Of a stretch of 64,000 nt of DNA, positions 14,431-27,218 are shown piece after piece. The DNA comes from Lytechinus pictus (lineage: Eukaryota), in contig NC_087246.1 in assembly GCF_037042905.1 (NCBI RefSeq), positions 26,412,001 to 26,476,000 of the forward strand, read 5' to 3'. Each line of letters starts with the position of its first letter. Position 1 is the stretch's first letter. A program made the translations under genes and the position numbers. The notes under the pieces are model-generated. The model searched no databases. It saw only the letters and a list, made by a program, of their open reading frames with translations, and had not been told where the DNA came from.

Positions 14431-17400
14431 AGTGTATTGATTCTGGTACTTGTGACGAAGTATAGCCACTAATGATAGATCGCAAAAATCCCTGTGACTT
14501 CATTTTAAAAGAAAAATTAAGGCTATTTCTAACCTTGACCTATCTGCAACAATGATTTGAGCTTTATTTTACCAGCTCATTTTCAATCCAGCGAGCATCC
14601 ACCCCCTCCCACCTCGTCTCATTCAGAGCACATGAGCTTGATCACATGACTTCCAAAATGCTACTGATCACGTGACCTACCCCTGCTGTCCATGATGAGT
14701 AGTCTTCAAGTTCAGGCATTTCAATGCCAGCATGGGGCTTCATTGACCATGAGATAGCTGCGCTTCTGGACCAGTGCCCAAGACACCTCGGAAGCCTCTA
14801 TCTACTACTACACTCTATCAAATAACAGGTTATGATGTCATAGCGGCTATGACATCCTTCTATCTGACAATGCTATCCATCAATACAGAGCAATCAATGG
14901 GATGACAGGGCAGGAGAACATGAAGACATGCACTCAATACTGGTAAAGAAAGCATAGGACATATACGTCTTAATTGCAAATGAAAACCTATTAGTGAAGC
15001 CTGTCTAAATGTTTGGTAGGGGTTTCAATATTTTTTTTTTTATATCACTATCAGATTCTTACAAAATACTTCACCTAAAAATGAACTCAAATTTGGAAGT
15101 GAATAGGCCCTAATGTTTACCTAAACTTAACAGGCTTAAACAATACATGAAACAAAATATATATCAAGAAAACTTAACAAATTACAACTTTAATCATCTT
15201 TAGGGTTTTTACTAGATGAACAACAATCAGAGGAAGTTTATAGAGTGTGAGTGAGAGAGAGAAAGATGAATAGAGACAGCAAGTGACGGAAAGAGAGAGA
15301 GGGAGAGAGAGACCAAGGGGTTTGCTGAAATCAGTGTCACACTTTCTAAGTGAAATCGGGTCTGATAGCGCAGACTAGGCTAGTGCATTGAGGACAAGCT
15401 GAGGTCATAGTCAATGGCTAGAGTAAACACCATCAACTCAAGCCTTGGTTTCCTGCCACCTGTTTCAATTGCACTGAGCTGCTAATGGGCATCCGTCTGT
15501 AAACCTCATCTGAAACAAGTGCAGTCAGGTCCAGAAGGGGACTTTGGAACTTGGGACCAGGGTTCAATCATCTGTTAATGAGCACTAATAGGTATCCTTC
15601 CATAACAAACAGATCCTGCAGAAAAACCACTCCTTCTAATGCTTCCATTCATACCATGCTTTCTCCAAGGTTTCGGTTTCTCGCTTCTTTAAGTCATTAA
15701 TTTATTTTTGACACACTCACAAAAACACATAACTGATAATGATGATTGTTTTGCTTTGTGGAGGAGTCATTAAATGCCAGCGATTCGACAAGGATGATCA
15801 TGACTCTTCTTGTATACAAGACATTGATATTTTTCATTTGAAATCCATATCTCGGGAGGTAAGGTCGGTGATAGCAGGACCACAAGGAAACATAACAAGC
15901 AGCAATAGATCAGAAATATTGGGTAATATTTGTCCATCTGTAAATGTGCATAAAATTTCCATTTCTATTTATTCACTTGGGTCTACCTGACCTTCACCAA
16001 TAATATCCAAAGAAATGAATCCTACAGTAACCAATGATCTTCAGGGGAAAAAAGAACCCCAAAATCTCACCCAATTCATAAAAATAACCACTGACATGAC
16101 TGAGAAACAACTATGAAGATTAAGGAATGAATAATGATTAACAAAGGTAACAGATGGAATGAATGAGCATATCTGACATGGAAAGGAATGGAGACGAACA
16201 GAGGACAGCGACTGATGAGATGAACACGAACAAATTGAAGCAACTATTGAAAACAGAACTCTAAATCTGAACCTAACTGAAATGAAAAGAAGTTAAATAA
16301 AAGAAACCTTAACGTACAAATGACCTTCCTACACTCAATAGAACATCATAAATAACATCTTTGGATTTTAAACATGAACATTTCATTTTTTGTTCTCATT
16401 GTTCTGAAAAGTTTAATTACTTTTACATGTCTATATACGTCAATTCTTTCTCTTTAATCTCAGCCATCCATCTCTTTACCATTCACTCTCGCCCTCCTTC
16501 TTCTCCTTTTCTATATCTCCCTCCTTTTTTCTCATTCCAAATGACTGAGAAAATAAAGCATGAAAGTGAAAAACAAACCAATTAAATATTTTCTTATCCC
16601 TTTCAAACAGTTCTACAGAGAAAGGAAAATGTATTTGACAAACATTAGGACAAAGATAATGAGACTTTGGTTGGCTGAATGTCAAGAATAATAACCCAAC
16701 AATCCCAGCACAAACAGATTAGTCATCTAAAGGGGAATTGAGTCTCACAGTAGAACAACACATTATCTAGGTTTTTCCCACAACAGGTGCATTAATTACT
16801 GTCAGGCGCATCAATCAATCAATCTAATAAATATTACATTTGACCATCTTATTCTCCCTGAGAATTTGTAAGAAGGTAAAGAATTAAAAAAGAATCTGAC
16901 CCTTGACTTTCTGGGATCTTATTGTGGTTGATTTTATATCTAATAACTTGATGAGCTGCCCTTTTGATAAGAAACAGTGCACGATAGAGAAATGATAGGA
17001 CAGATTCACTTCTGATGTTGAATGCCCTAACTTTCTCACAACGATTCTGTGACAAGTAACAAAGTCTTGAATCAGAGTGGCCTGTCCATCGCTGTTGGGT
17101 AAACCTCCATTACATGCCATTGAGAGATAACCATCCACACACACACTTTCTATATACACATTATACATACACACACAGCAGACCAGTCCTCTGGCTCATA
17201 ACCCAGTCTACTCAATACATTGGGTTCTTTCCCCAATCTCACCTTAGTCTTGTTCACGCAGACCCTAACTACTTTGCAAATCTTATAAAAGCACTTTCAA
17301 TGGTAGGGAGTAGTGAAACTTTTAATGGAGAGACAATTGTCTCCCAAAAAATCAATGCTAGAAAAAGAAATATCAATATAAAAAATTAAAAGGTTATACA

Positions 17401-17939
17401 TGGCAAATTTACATCAGACTTTTTTAATCAGTTTTAGAGTAAAAAAATATTCAAATTTGTAAAATGAAACAAACTTAAAATGAAGTATATTTATTCCAGT
17501 CTTTTTCTGATGCATTTTGATTTCTAATTACTGAGGAAAAGATATTATGAATCTAGTCACAATAATTAGTGTTGTCATTACTTTTTAACTCACAAGATTT
17601 AACAAATGAAGCCTTTTGGTAAACTACCTAAGGAAAAGAGCACTGAATATGAAACTGAGCTAAACACCTCATCAAGTATTAAAAAGAAGACCTATGCTAT
17701 GATGGTTTGCAAGAAAAAAATTTGAATAGAAATGTGAGCATACCTGAGTGGGTTTATTTTCCTTGTATCATATTATTTATCATAGAGAATCCACCTTTCA
17801 TGAAATGTATTTTACTTATTTGCATTGGCCAGCATATTAAAAAAAATCAATACAAGGCAATTAGTCATTGCACAAAACTGTCTTCTAGAAGTTCTAGCTC
17901 GCTTCAGCCTCCATGTAAGTACCTCCATTTATGCCAAAG

Positions 17940-18358
17940 ACTTCTCACAATAATTCTTTCAATTCAATAATTACACCCAACCTGGCTTGACTTTCAGCAT
18001 TTTTTCCATGGTAGGATTCTTTTGGTTGATTTTTATTTTTTTTATGAAGCAGGTGGCTTTGTACTGATGTGTGTACGTTAGCACTGTTTGGCTCATTGCG
18101 GGACAATAGAGCTTATTGTTATTTGACTTCATACTACCATCACACCAACTCATCTATGACCTTGCCTCATCAATGCTTCGCAGTTTCCTTTCAAACCAAT
18201 TTAACTTTGTTTCTTTCCACGTATTTGCTTCTTGGTATACAAACTGTATTGATTTGATCTTCCATGGTGAAGTTCTCTTTTCTTTCTTTGATCAGTTTGA
18301 TGAGTGGTGGGAGGATATCGCATTTAGTAATTGCAATTTCTTTGATGGGAGGTTCTTT
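17940..18358 (-). mobile_element. Probable decayed LINE ORF2 fragment (endonuclease-RT linker region)
   Basis: Broken minus-strand frames read KEPPIKEIAITKCDILPPLIKLIKERKE..., then SWCDGSMKSNNNKLY, then LLN*KNYCEK. Order and flavour resemble the 'LI.ER..', 'W...C.....NS...Y' and 'RW..YC..L' linker motifs of RTE/Jockey-like LINEs. Recognised from memory, no search run. Confidence 0.4.
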
Positions 18359-20540
18359 TAGTTTTAAATGTCAATGACATCATTAAAGAAATCACTGCGC
18401 AAGTTATGAAATGCAGGGTTAATTACACGACTGGATTTGGTTCTTTGACGATAAAATTCCACAAACATGCATTTTTTAATTCAACCCTACATCTGTGAGA
18501 TATAGGCGTAATCAACACAACCAGATTTCTTTTGAATTTTAATCAGATCATTTATGAGACAAATAAGAAGGCCTATTTCATCTAGCAACCGGATTAAGTT
18601 TTCATGCATAACCGATGCAATGTCAATTGGATAACTACTACTTTAGGCCTATGTTTCCATTCTGATATCCTGTCTGGTATTAAAAGCAGTGCCTGGTAAA
18701 GTGAGTTAATTAGCTGACGTGATTCACTGCGGATAATAATAAGGTCAAAACACAGAAAGAAGATGAGGGATGTGAGCAGTTTATGTCTTTTGACATCTAA
18801 AGGGAGTGAGAGAGATAGAAAGGGGGAGAGAAAGGGGGAGAGGGCGGTGGGCTCAGGCGTAAAAATACCAATTAATTCCTACGTTAATGAGAAAGACACA
18901 TGATCCTACCTTTACAATTTAGTACACTGCATGAGCTTTAGATCACAACATTATAAGGCCATATTCTACTCCATTAGGTATTACTACGCCCTTGCATGGA
19001 CCATGTAGTTATTCCATAGCTGTTGTTTATTCCTGTCTATCTATATGTTTATGCTTTGCTTACAATACTTCACTTTCTCCCCAGACTACACAGGCGACAC
19101 TATTCTTTGCGCTCTTCATTATTATGACCCGCCAAAATACAAAAGATATAAGGTTATCTTCTTGTGATTAAGACTGAAGATAATGCCTTACAATTAGGCC
19201 TACCAACGGAATTGATTGATATTGAAGTTAGATGTATGGCATAGAAGCAAGAGTGTAAAATGTAGCAAACATAGGCCTAGGCTTAGGCCTATATCTTTCA
19301 TATTACCGATGAAATTCTATTACTTAAAAGTAGGTCAACACACAGTAAGATATGTACTATGATGATACTTTACAGTACACAAAATTTAGATAGTGGGACC
19401 AAAATTATTTTAACTGGTCATATAGTGACACTTGTTCCCATTGACATGAATACGACCGACTCTCTGCTACACCTAAACCCAGTTGAAACCAAACCAGACA
19501 GATTAATAGTTGTGAACGAAAACAAACATTGCATAACTGTGCTGAATTCCCTCAGAATGCATTCCAATCAAAATTGTTAATTACTTGGCTAAGAAACAAG
19601 GACTAGAGTGAAATCCCATAACAAAAAGACCTGCAATTTATACACAGCTATGGCTCTGTAGCAAAAAGTTAAACCTTTCTGTCAACACGTTTCAATAAAA
19701 AAGCATATTGAAATGAGGGATTGGTTGGAGAAAGGTATCAGTAAAGAGTTTTTGTTTTCATGAAGCTAGGTGTACCATCCTCCCTAATACTTCAAATTCA
19801 CAAGGGGATAAGAACTGACTTGTTGATACAGTCCCACCCATGTCAGAAGTTGTAAGGTTATAAGACCTATAGTGTAGGCCTATTCAGAGCATGTGAACAT
19901 TTGGTAAATAGAATTACAGAAATGTAACCTATGCAAGAATAGAAGGATCTTACGCTTTTAATAAGCTATCTTTCAAAAAAAGATGAAATGTAAGATATCG
20001 ACCTCAATGTAAAGAAGTGTTAATAAATATGACTTTAATGTGGGTGAATGTAATCATTTAATGCTACCTGGATTACTCTTAGCTAAACCATGGAATTAGC
20101 TATAGACAAAGGGAGACACTATTATAAAAAAATCTCTGGTATAAGGCATAAATATCTGGAATCAAGAGCTGGATATAAACTTCAAATGTGCGGAGGCAGC
20201 GTGAACTTCAAGCCCTACTTTACCTGCGATATTCATATTAAATAATGATTTCATTACTATATGTCTACAAATAAAAGTAGCCTAATAACATGCTTCTAGT
20301 GGTCTTACTTTCCAAAGGAGTGGAGCAGGTGCAAACATTGCATGTAGTTGAAATTGATTTAACATTCTTGGAACTACCTCTTCAGGTAATGGAGAAGAAG
20401 AGTGATACCAACTAAAATCACGTAACGATATGAATTATTATCAACTGATCATAAAATAAAGCCCCGTCTGGTTGAATACGAACACCTCACCCACCCAGTT
20501 TCATCAAGAAGTATTTCTAGTCTGATCATGCATCTTAAAT

Positions 20541-20554
20541 GTTGCCATGGAAAC
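20541..20554. promoter_or_regulatory. RFX X-box GTTGCCATGGAAAC
   Basis: Exact match to the 14-bp X-box consensus GTTNCCATGGNAAC. Confidence 0.55.
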
Positions 20555-21162
20555 AAGACATGAAGGTGGGTAATTCAAGAGTAAGTGATTAATACACAGC
20601 AGCATCCGGTTAAGAAGGAAATAGAGAGACAGGAATCAAGCCTTCAACAATGATAATTCTGACATTTGGGGCGATTTAATGTGGAACGGGCCGACTCATC
20701 ACCAGGCAACTGGGGAGGGATTAGCAGCTCGAGAACCATAACACCCAATCAGGAACAGAGATGTGCCTTCGGGTTAAAAGCCTATCAACGAAACAAAAAC
20801 ACTCGCAAAAAAAGGAGGGGGAATGGATGGCCTCTCTTTGGATTCCACCGCTCAACATGAGAAATGAAGGAGAGGGGGAATGGAAGTATAGTTGAAGTAC
20901 TGCATGGTAACCCTTAGGGGTGGGATGTATTACCAATCATTGCATGTTAGTCCCATGTGTGTAGATGTGCGTTGTGAGTGACAAGAGGGGAAGAGTGGGA
21001 GCAGCTTGACGAGGGGCAGGCTCGGCATGGACGATTAACCAAAATTATTAACTAGTATGACTGCATGCATCGCACATTAGAGTCAAGCTATGGTGGCCAC
21101 TTTCAGGAGTAACTAATCACAGATAAATCTCATTCAAAATCAGTGCAAGATAAAAAACTCAC

Positions 21163-21271
21163 CTTCAGTTGATAGAGTTGTCCGGTGATTATTCTCAGAG
21201 TAATGTGTCCTGGAAAGTGGCAATCCACCGTGCAGTCAATCCATCCAATAGCTCGTCCGTCCCGAGAGAGG
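21163..21271 (-). other. Candidate 109-nt internal exon (strongest in the window)
   Basis: Minus strand: acceptor ctctcgttttctctgcttttgttcag|CCT, donor AAG|gtgagt. CpG-containing and GC-richer than its flanks. One frame is open (LSRDGRAIGWIDCTVDCHFPGHITLRIITGQLYQLK). Confidence 0.7.
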
Positions 21272-22947
21272 CTGAACAAAAGCAGAGAAAACGAGAGATT
21301 AAAGAAGGTGGCAAAGTATTCCTTGTATTGGCAGAGAGAAGCAGTGTATAGAATATGCATGGCTGCATTTTAATGACCAGTCATCAAAAGTAGGATGAAA
21401 GGCGCAAGGCACAAGGCCAGTCGCAGGAGAGTTCACCCCCGTCTACGTCCCCACACACACCAGCCAGCCAGCCATCCATCCAGTCAGCTACCACACACCA
21501 TGACAATCCCTAACCTACCTACCTATACTCCCAACACCCATGCACACTCATCAACTCCGCTACACTGGACCTCGCCAATACTGGACCACCAAATGCAGAG
21601 CTCCTTAATTCTCACTGCATAATGAATCATTCCTTAAATGAGGGAGGGAAAAAAATATGACATTCGCACAAACATACAGAAAGAGAGGCTTTTCTTATAC
21701 TTTCTCCGTCTCTCTCTCTCTCTTTCTCTATGCCTAGTATCCATAACCTACTCTCGTCCATCTGGCATGTTAATTAGATGCAAGGCATATAAGCGTTGAC
21801 TTTGTGTGAGAAGCTAATTTGCATTAACAAGCCTGAGAGAGAAAGCTGTTGAGTGAAAGGCTATACAGTAAGATGTATCATGGCCACGTTAATGAATCAA
21901 TGCTAACTCACACGTCTTCGCTCTCAATCTTACCGCCATCTTTTTTTCTTCTTCCTTTTATCCCTCCAATCTCATTAATCCCCTCTTATTGGCTTTTCTT
22001 GCCTTTGCACCCATTTTAATTCTTAGACAGAACTTGAGTTTATCTCTATATGAGAAGTAGGTCACACTTTCTATTAGTAGGATAAAAAAATTATTTTAGG
22101 TTTGACGAGGCCAAAAAGAATGACCTATTTCCACTCCATGTACACTATGAAGCATCATCACTGATTTCTATGAACAAGGCAGGTACAAAATAATATTCAT
22201 GCAGTTATTCATTATACCATTACTCTGTAATTTTTTTCTACACATTTATCTCAGCACTTCCCCATTAGCTGACATTGTTTGAAATTGCATCTGCTTTAAC
22301 TACACTGTCATAAGTTTTTTTAACCAACCATATTATATGTTGGATTAAATATGAAGCTATACCGATGGTTGTTTAAAACAAGATTGCATGTACAACAAAT
22401 TTTGGGATTTTTCATACTAACAATTGACAGGCCTATTTTGTAGATCAACATTTTAACAATTCTGAATGTAACATGTTTGCATGATGTAAAGCTTCAAAGG
22501 GAAATAATAACATCGGCTAATTGGAGCAAGCATAAATGAGCAAACCCCCTCCCCAAGCCATGCGTATCAACATCTTCATCGGATATAAATAAAATGTTGG
22601 TTAAAAGGAAATCAATACTTGTATATCAATCATTCTCTATCTTCATTTGGCAGAAGGATGGTTATACATCCTATTGTAAGAACACTCTGTTTCAAAGCTA
22701 CTGGTACCAGCAATCATGTAGGACCTTCACAGTCTATGTCTTTTACCACTCATAATTTTCACCCAGGTATCACACCATGATACGAGTATTTTATCATCAT
22801 TTGTTATTAATACTGTGTAAAACATTCATGGCCATGAGATGAGAATGAATTTCTACAATAGTTCAACTGATCAAGTGATATTCGCCTAAAAAAAATAAAG
22901 AAAAGTGAGTTCTCAGTCTCAGTTTTTGTCTTCAAAATATGTCATTA

Positions 22948-23813
22948 GGCGGTGCTGCACCATCCCGAGTTTGCTCAATCTCGAGATTTTAGCCCGATCA
23001 GCCCTCTTCGCGATTAATCTCGAGATTCAAGAAACCCCGTCTGCACCATCCCACGAAGAGCGATTCCTGCTCGAGCGAGGCAACAAGCCCGATATTACGA
23101 GCATGCGCACTTTCGGATCTTGGAGTTTCAACGGCCCGCGCTTTTGAATAACTTCCCGCGATATGCAAGCAATGTACTAGTACTCCTTTCACTAGCACTT
23201 TCGCCGAATTCAACCGGTGTTATGCAACAATCCTCTCAGCTCAGCGAGTTAATATGATGGCGGAGTAGGAGGCAACGACAGAGAGAGAGAGAGGGAGAGA
23301 AGGAGGAAAGAAATGCTATTTGCTCACATTTTTCGAAGGAATAAGACAACACTGCTGTCAGTGTTGTTATTGAATATGACCATCGTCGATGAGCGCCTCC
23401 CCCTCCCCCCCTACGGTCTGGTCTCTCCCAAAATCCATTCACTGGTGGGACACCATCGTTGCTTATGAACGCTATTCGCATGTATAAAGTTGACTTTCGC
23501 ACGTGTTTATGTTTTGACCAAGGCGGAAGTGGAACGCGAATTGCATTATGGACTGACGTCATGAATAAATTACCCCGAGTCCAATCTCGAGTGCGTCTGC
23601 ACCGACGAATTAGCGGGATAATTCGTAAAATAGCGCGCTATTTTGCAAATAAACCCGAGTTGACTTGGGATTGCAATCTCGAGATTAATCCTACGAACTA
23701 GCGCGATAATTGCGTCTGCACCGCCAACTATCTCGAGATTTTTCAGATCGGGATAATTTGCCGGATCAGAAATAGCGCGCTAATTTGAAAACTCGGGATG
23801 GTGCAGACGGCCC
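22948..23813. mobile_element. Young non-autonomous TIR DNA transposon (~866 bp), PIF/Harbinger-like
   Basis: The TIR core ctgcaccatcccgagttt is matched exactly by aaactcgggatggtgcag at the right end. Flanks read as a TA|..|TA or ATT|..|ATT duplication. CpG-rich compared with the host. Subterminal repeats gtctgcacc and the palindrome aatctcgagatt (22977, 23016, 23675). Confidence 0.9.
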
Positions 23814-24180
23814 TATTATATCTAAAACCCAAGTTAGACCACCATGCACTTGGCTTTGATGGTGCTTCATTTGAGTAGCATATGAGGAAACAAACAATGA
23901 CACACATTAGGAGGAATTTTTATTTTTTTAGAATCAAGATAGACATTTTGACACAATCCAAGATGTATTTGACTATTGAAAAATGAATTAATTTTGCTTA
24001 AAACCATTTCAGATGAATTGAAAAATCATAATACCAAAATGTTCAATAAATAATAAAAGATACTTATATCCAGGGTAGCCACTTTACTTATGACACCGCT
24101 CTACTGCTTTCCCTCCATAACATAAAGATAGTTTTTTTTTTTTTTTTTTTTAATGCTAATCACCAAGTAAGAAGGCAGAA

Positions 24181-24254
24181 AAGTCTTTGGTATGACTTTG
24201 CTGGCAACTGAACCCATGACCTCTTGCGCTCTACCACTGAGCCACCATGCCCGG
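24181..24254 (-). mobile_element. tRNA-derived SINE head, decayed
   Basis: Minus strand ccgggcatggtggctcagtggtagagcgc (A box) ... aggtcatgggttcagttgcc (decayed B box), then gtcataccaaagactt, a typical SINE body start. The anticodon arm is missing, so this is not a tRNA gene. Confidence 0.7.
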
Positions 24255-25068
24255 TTTTAACACGAGTCATCCATTCTTCTAGACATACAATCCAACCTGT
24301 ATGTCAAACATGTATAGACGATTAGCCGTGCCACTGGTCATCATACTTCAAGCTATTAACCCTTCCCCTCTTTGATTTCTCATTCAAAACATGTACATGT
24401 ATTGGTCATTCCATTGAAGCAATTGGGAAGTTGGTAGACCTCTTCAATTATTCACTAGACAATTTAACTTTAAACTGTGCACGCTAGTTGAATCACCTCG
24501 GAATAGTGTTTGGAAGATAACCCCTTTCCATTTCTCGATGACATCATATATATATTCTTGAATTCCCTGCACCTATTGTATGAAATATAGTTAGTTTTTC
24601 TGAGTAGAAGTAAATTGGACCAAATTTTACCTGACCCTTTCAGTAATTAAAAAAATTAATATCTTCAGCCTTTATCTTTCCATTGCATTTATTAACGTAA
24701 TAACAAAAAATAAATGAAAAGAAACTTAATCGAACCCCTAATATTTTAATATTTTAAAGAATACATGCAGGGGCAGACCAATCATCAGTGGCTAGCTGTA
24801 ATCAACATTGAGGATATCTCGTAGCATAATGAAACTTATTTACAATGGAAAACAAAGCACTTGAACAGCCCGGCATAATAGAGTAAAGACAGTCCCTTGC
24901 AAAAAATTGAAATTTGTTGTCATCTTTCCATTTTGACAAAGCGCACTCCTGACAATCTTTGTTTTCTTGTTTCATGATTCTTGTCAAATCTTGACTTGGA
25001 GGATTAGACCTTAGGGCTAAGGTCACCACATTGTGTGATCCCACTAGGTATCATCACTAATGGCTTTA

Positions 25069-25082
25069 GTTGCCATGGTAAC
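25069..25082. promoter_or_regulatory. RFX X-box GTTGCCATGGTAAC
   Basis: Exact consensus match. A second, weaker site ATCACCATGGCAAC lies at 25225-25238. Confidence 0.55.
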
Positions 25083-26906
25083 AAACATCATTAAGATTAA
25101 ACTACTCAGAACCCCAGCATTAATCATTCTAGTCAGCAGGCAAACACGGGTTTACAAAGAAGTATAGAAGGTATTGTCTCTGTTAATGACTGCATCCGAA
25201 GGTGAAAATATGCTGCTTTAATAAATCACCATGGCAACAACGCATGTCACTATGTGAATTCGTTTACGTTGTTCATTATAATTATGTTATTTGGTTGTAA
25301 TTATTGCCTTGAGATCTGGGCTTGATTGCACTCTGGATATCTTGTAAAAATGCAAAAGACAAAGACGGTTGGTTAATTACCCAAGCAAGAATAGTCTCAT
25401 TTAGAAATAGGCAGTCAGACTATGTACATTACTACTACAATTATTTTTATACTTAAGAAGTTAAGTGTCAGACAAAGAAAATACTAAAATCCCACCTATT
25501 CATATATTTCACATATTTATGTCATCTTTCATAATAAAGCATGGAATTGGTAATTACATAGGAATGGAGATATATCATAGCAGGCCTATGAGTGTTTGTC
25601 AAGTTATTGTAATAAATTGAACCCCAGCTTTACGTAGAACTTGCTGACCACTTCTGGTGTTTTTGATAGTCAATCTATGAGATGCTACCGGCTAGTCCAA
25701 TGACAAGACTTGTGCATCTCGATGGTAATCCTATCATCAAAAGGCGCAAATCTTTTCATACACCTATCCTCGGAGATGAAGCTAACAACGTAAGACAAGC
25801 TAGCACTGGTGCTCGTAAGTCAGCTGAAGAGGTGCAACATGGTGCTCACATGACCACTTCTGATTCCCCTCAAAGGTTCCCTTCTAAACCACTTCCCCAA
25901 GCCTGCCTCTATCCCATAGCAGAATTAGATTACCAACACTTGTGTAAATGTATCTCCATTTGAGCCCAAACATGCTCGGCCACTTTGTCACAGCCGTGAA
26001 CCTCCCAACAAAGGGATGAAGAATGGATGTTGCATGGCAATAAGAAGTTGTTGCATGCAGACAGACAATGTACTTTTTTTTTGGGGGGGGGAGGCTCTCC
26101 TTCAAACAGGCGTGAATGTTTAGAGGGAATGTGTTTGGACAAGAGCCGCTGAAACAAGGCGGGGTAAAATCACACAGATTTGGTTAAACATCTTTGCACC
26201 TGTCACCCACAGTTTACACAACCGTTCCTAAATTGGACCTGCCAAGCCATTGAAACGGCTAGAACCCCAATGTGAGCTGCTCCATTTATCTGATTTTGTC
26301 TAATTTGCCTCATTAAATTCCCCTTCCCCTTAGTGCACCGTTTATTCCATCTTTGTCACCAGCGCCATCAGGATTTATTTGCCCGAGTACATGGCCCACA
26401 TTCTGGGTAATTAAACGTTTCATATCTCATTGCAATATAGCACTTTGAGAGTTGGGATAGAGAGCACTGCACTACACTACAAAGCAGCCACCGGCTAGGT
26501 GGTGGCAGCTATCGTATAGATGCCTCAAAATAATTGCTCTACTTATATCAATCTACCACCTATAATTCACTAACTGATCATGGTTAAAAAGAATGAATAG
26601 CCAGATTAATGACATTAATTTAAATTTGGTCCCCCAGAAATGAGACGATATACCCTGCCATCCATCATTTCACACAATGATCTCAAAACGTACAGTGCCC
26701 TTTACTAAATCCCATAAAATTCATTAATATTGGCGATCTGGGTGAAGCCCTCCCTCTCTTGTTTTAATTTCCCTGAAACTGTGCGAGTCCAGGGGAAAGT
26801 GTGAAAACTGGCATGGAGGCCTGTTAAATATGAACAAGTAATAATCCCTTGTGATTTGACATCGGTTATCCCCACCTACCAGTACCCATATACCACAGAT
26901 CCCCAG

Positions 26907-26990
26907 CTCTCCCTCTCTCCCCCTCTATCTGTCTCTCTTTCTCTTTCTGTCGGTCTCTCTTTCTCGTACTCTCTGTCACTGTCTCTCTCT
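26907..26990. repeat. Imperfect (CT)n polypyrimidine tract
   Basis: Visible ctctct runs. Confidence 0.85.
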
Positions 26991-27198
26991 ATGGGATTCT
27001 CATGACTGGTGGATGTGGTGAGTGCAGAAAGCGTTAACGAGACAATTTGTGCAGCTCCTTGGTCTGGGGTTGGTGTAAATACATCACAGAGGATAGACTG
27101 GGGAACGGAGGTGCAACGGGATCACGCGGGCCAGCAACCAGGCCACTCGTTTGATGAAAAGTTCAGCCCACCCCTGACCAGAGATGAATTGTGGGAAT

Positions 27199-27218
27199 AT
27201 TTGCATAGTGATTGGCTA
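27199..27218. promoter_or_regulatory. Adjacent octamer (ATTTGCAT) and NF-Y CCAAT box (tgATTGGcta) in a CpG-richer island
   Basis: atttgcat at 27199-27206 and attgg at 27211-27215 with consensus flanks. The island spans about 27000-27350. Confidence 0.45.

Noticed and set aside
20006-20018. 13-nt match aatgtaaagaagt to miR-1
   Set aside because: The 5' seed differs (ctc instead of tgg) and there is no complementary arm.
25682-25963. 93-aa plus-strand ORF with protein-like composition
   Set aside because: No recognisable domain, no convincing splice context, opposite strand to the inferred transcript, and a length expected by chance.
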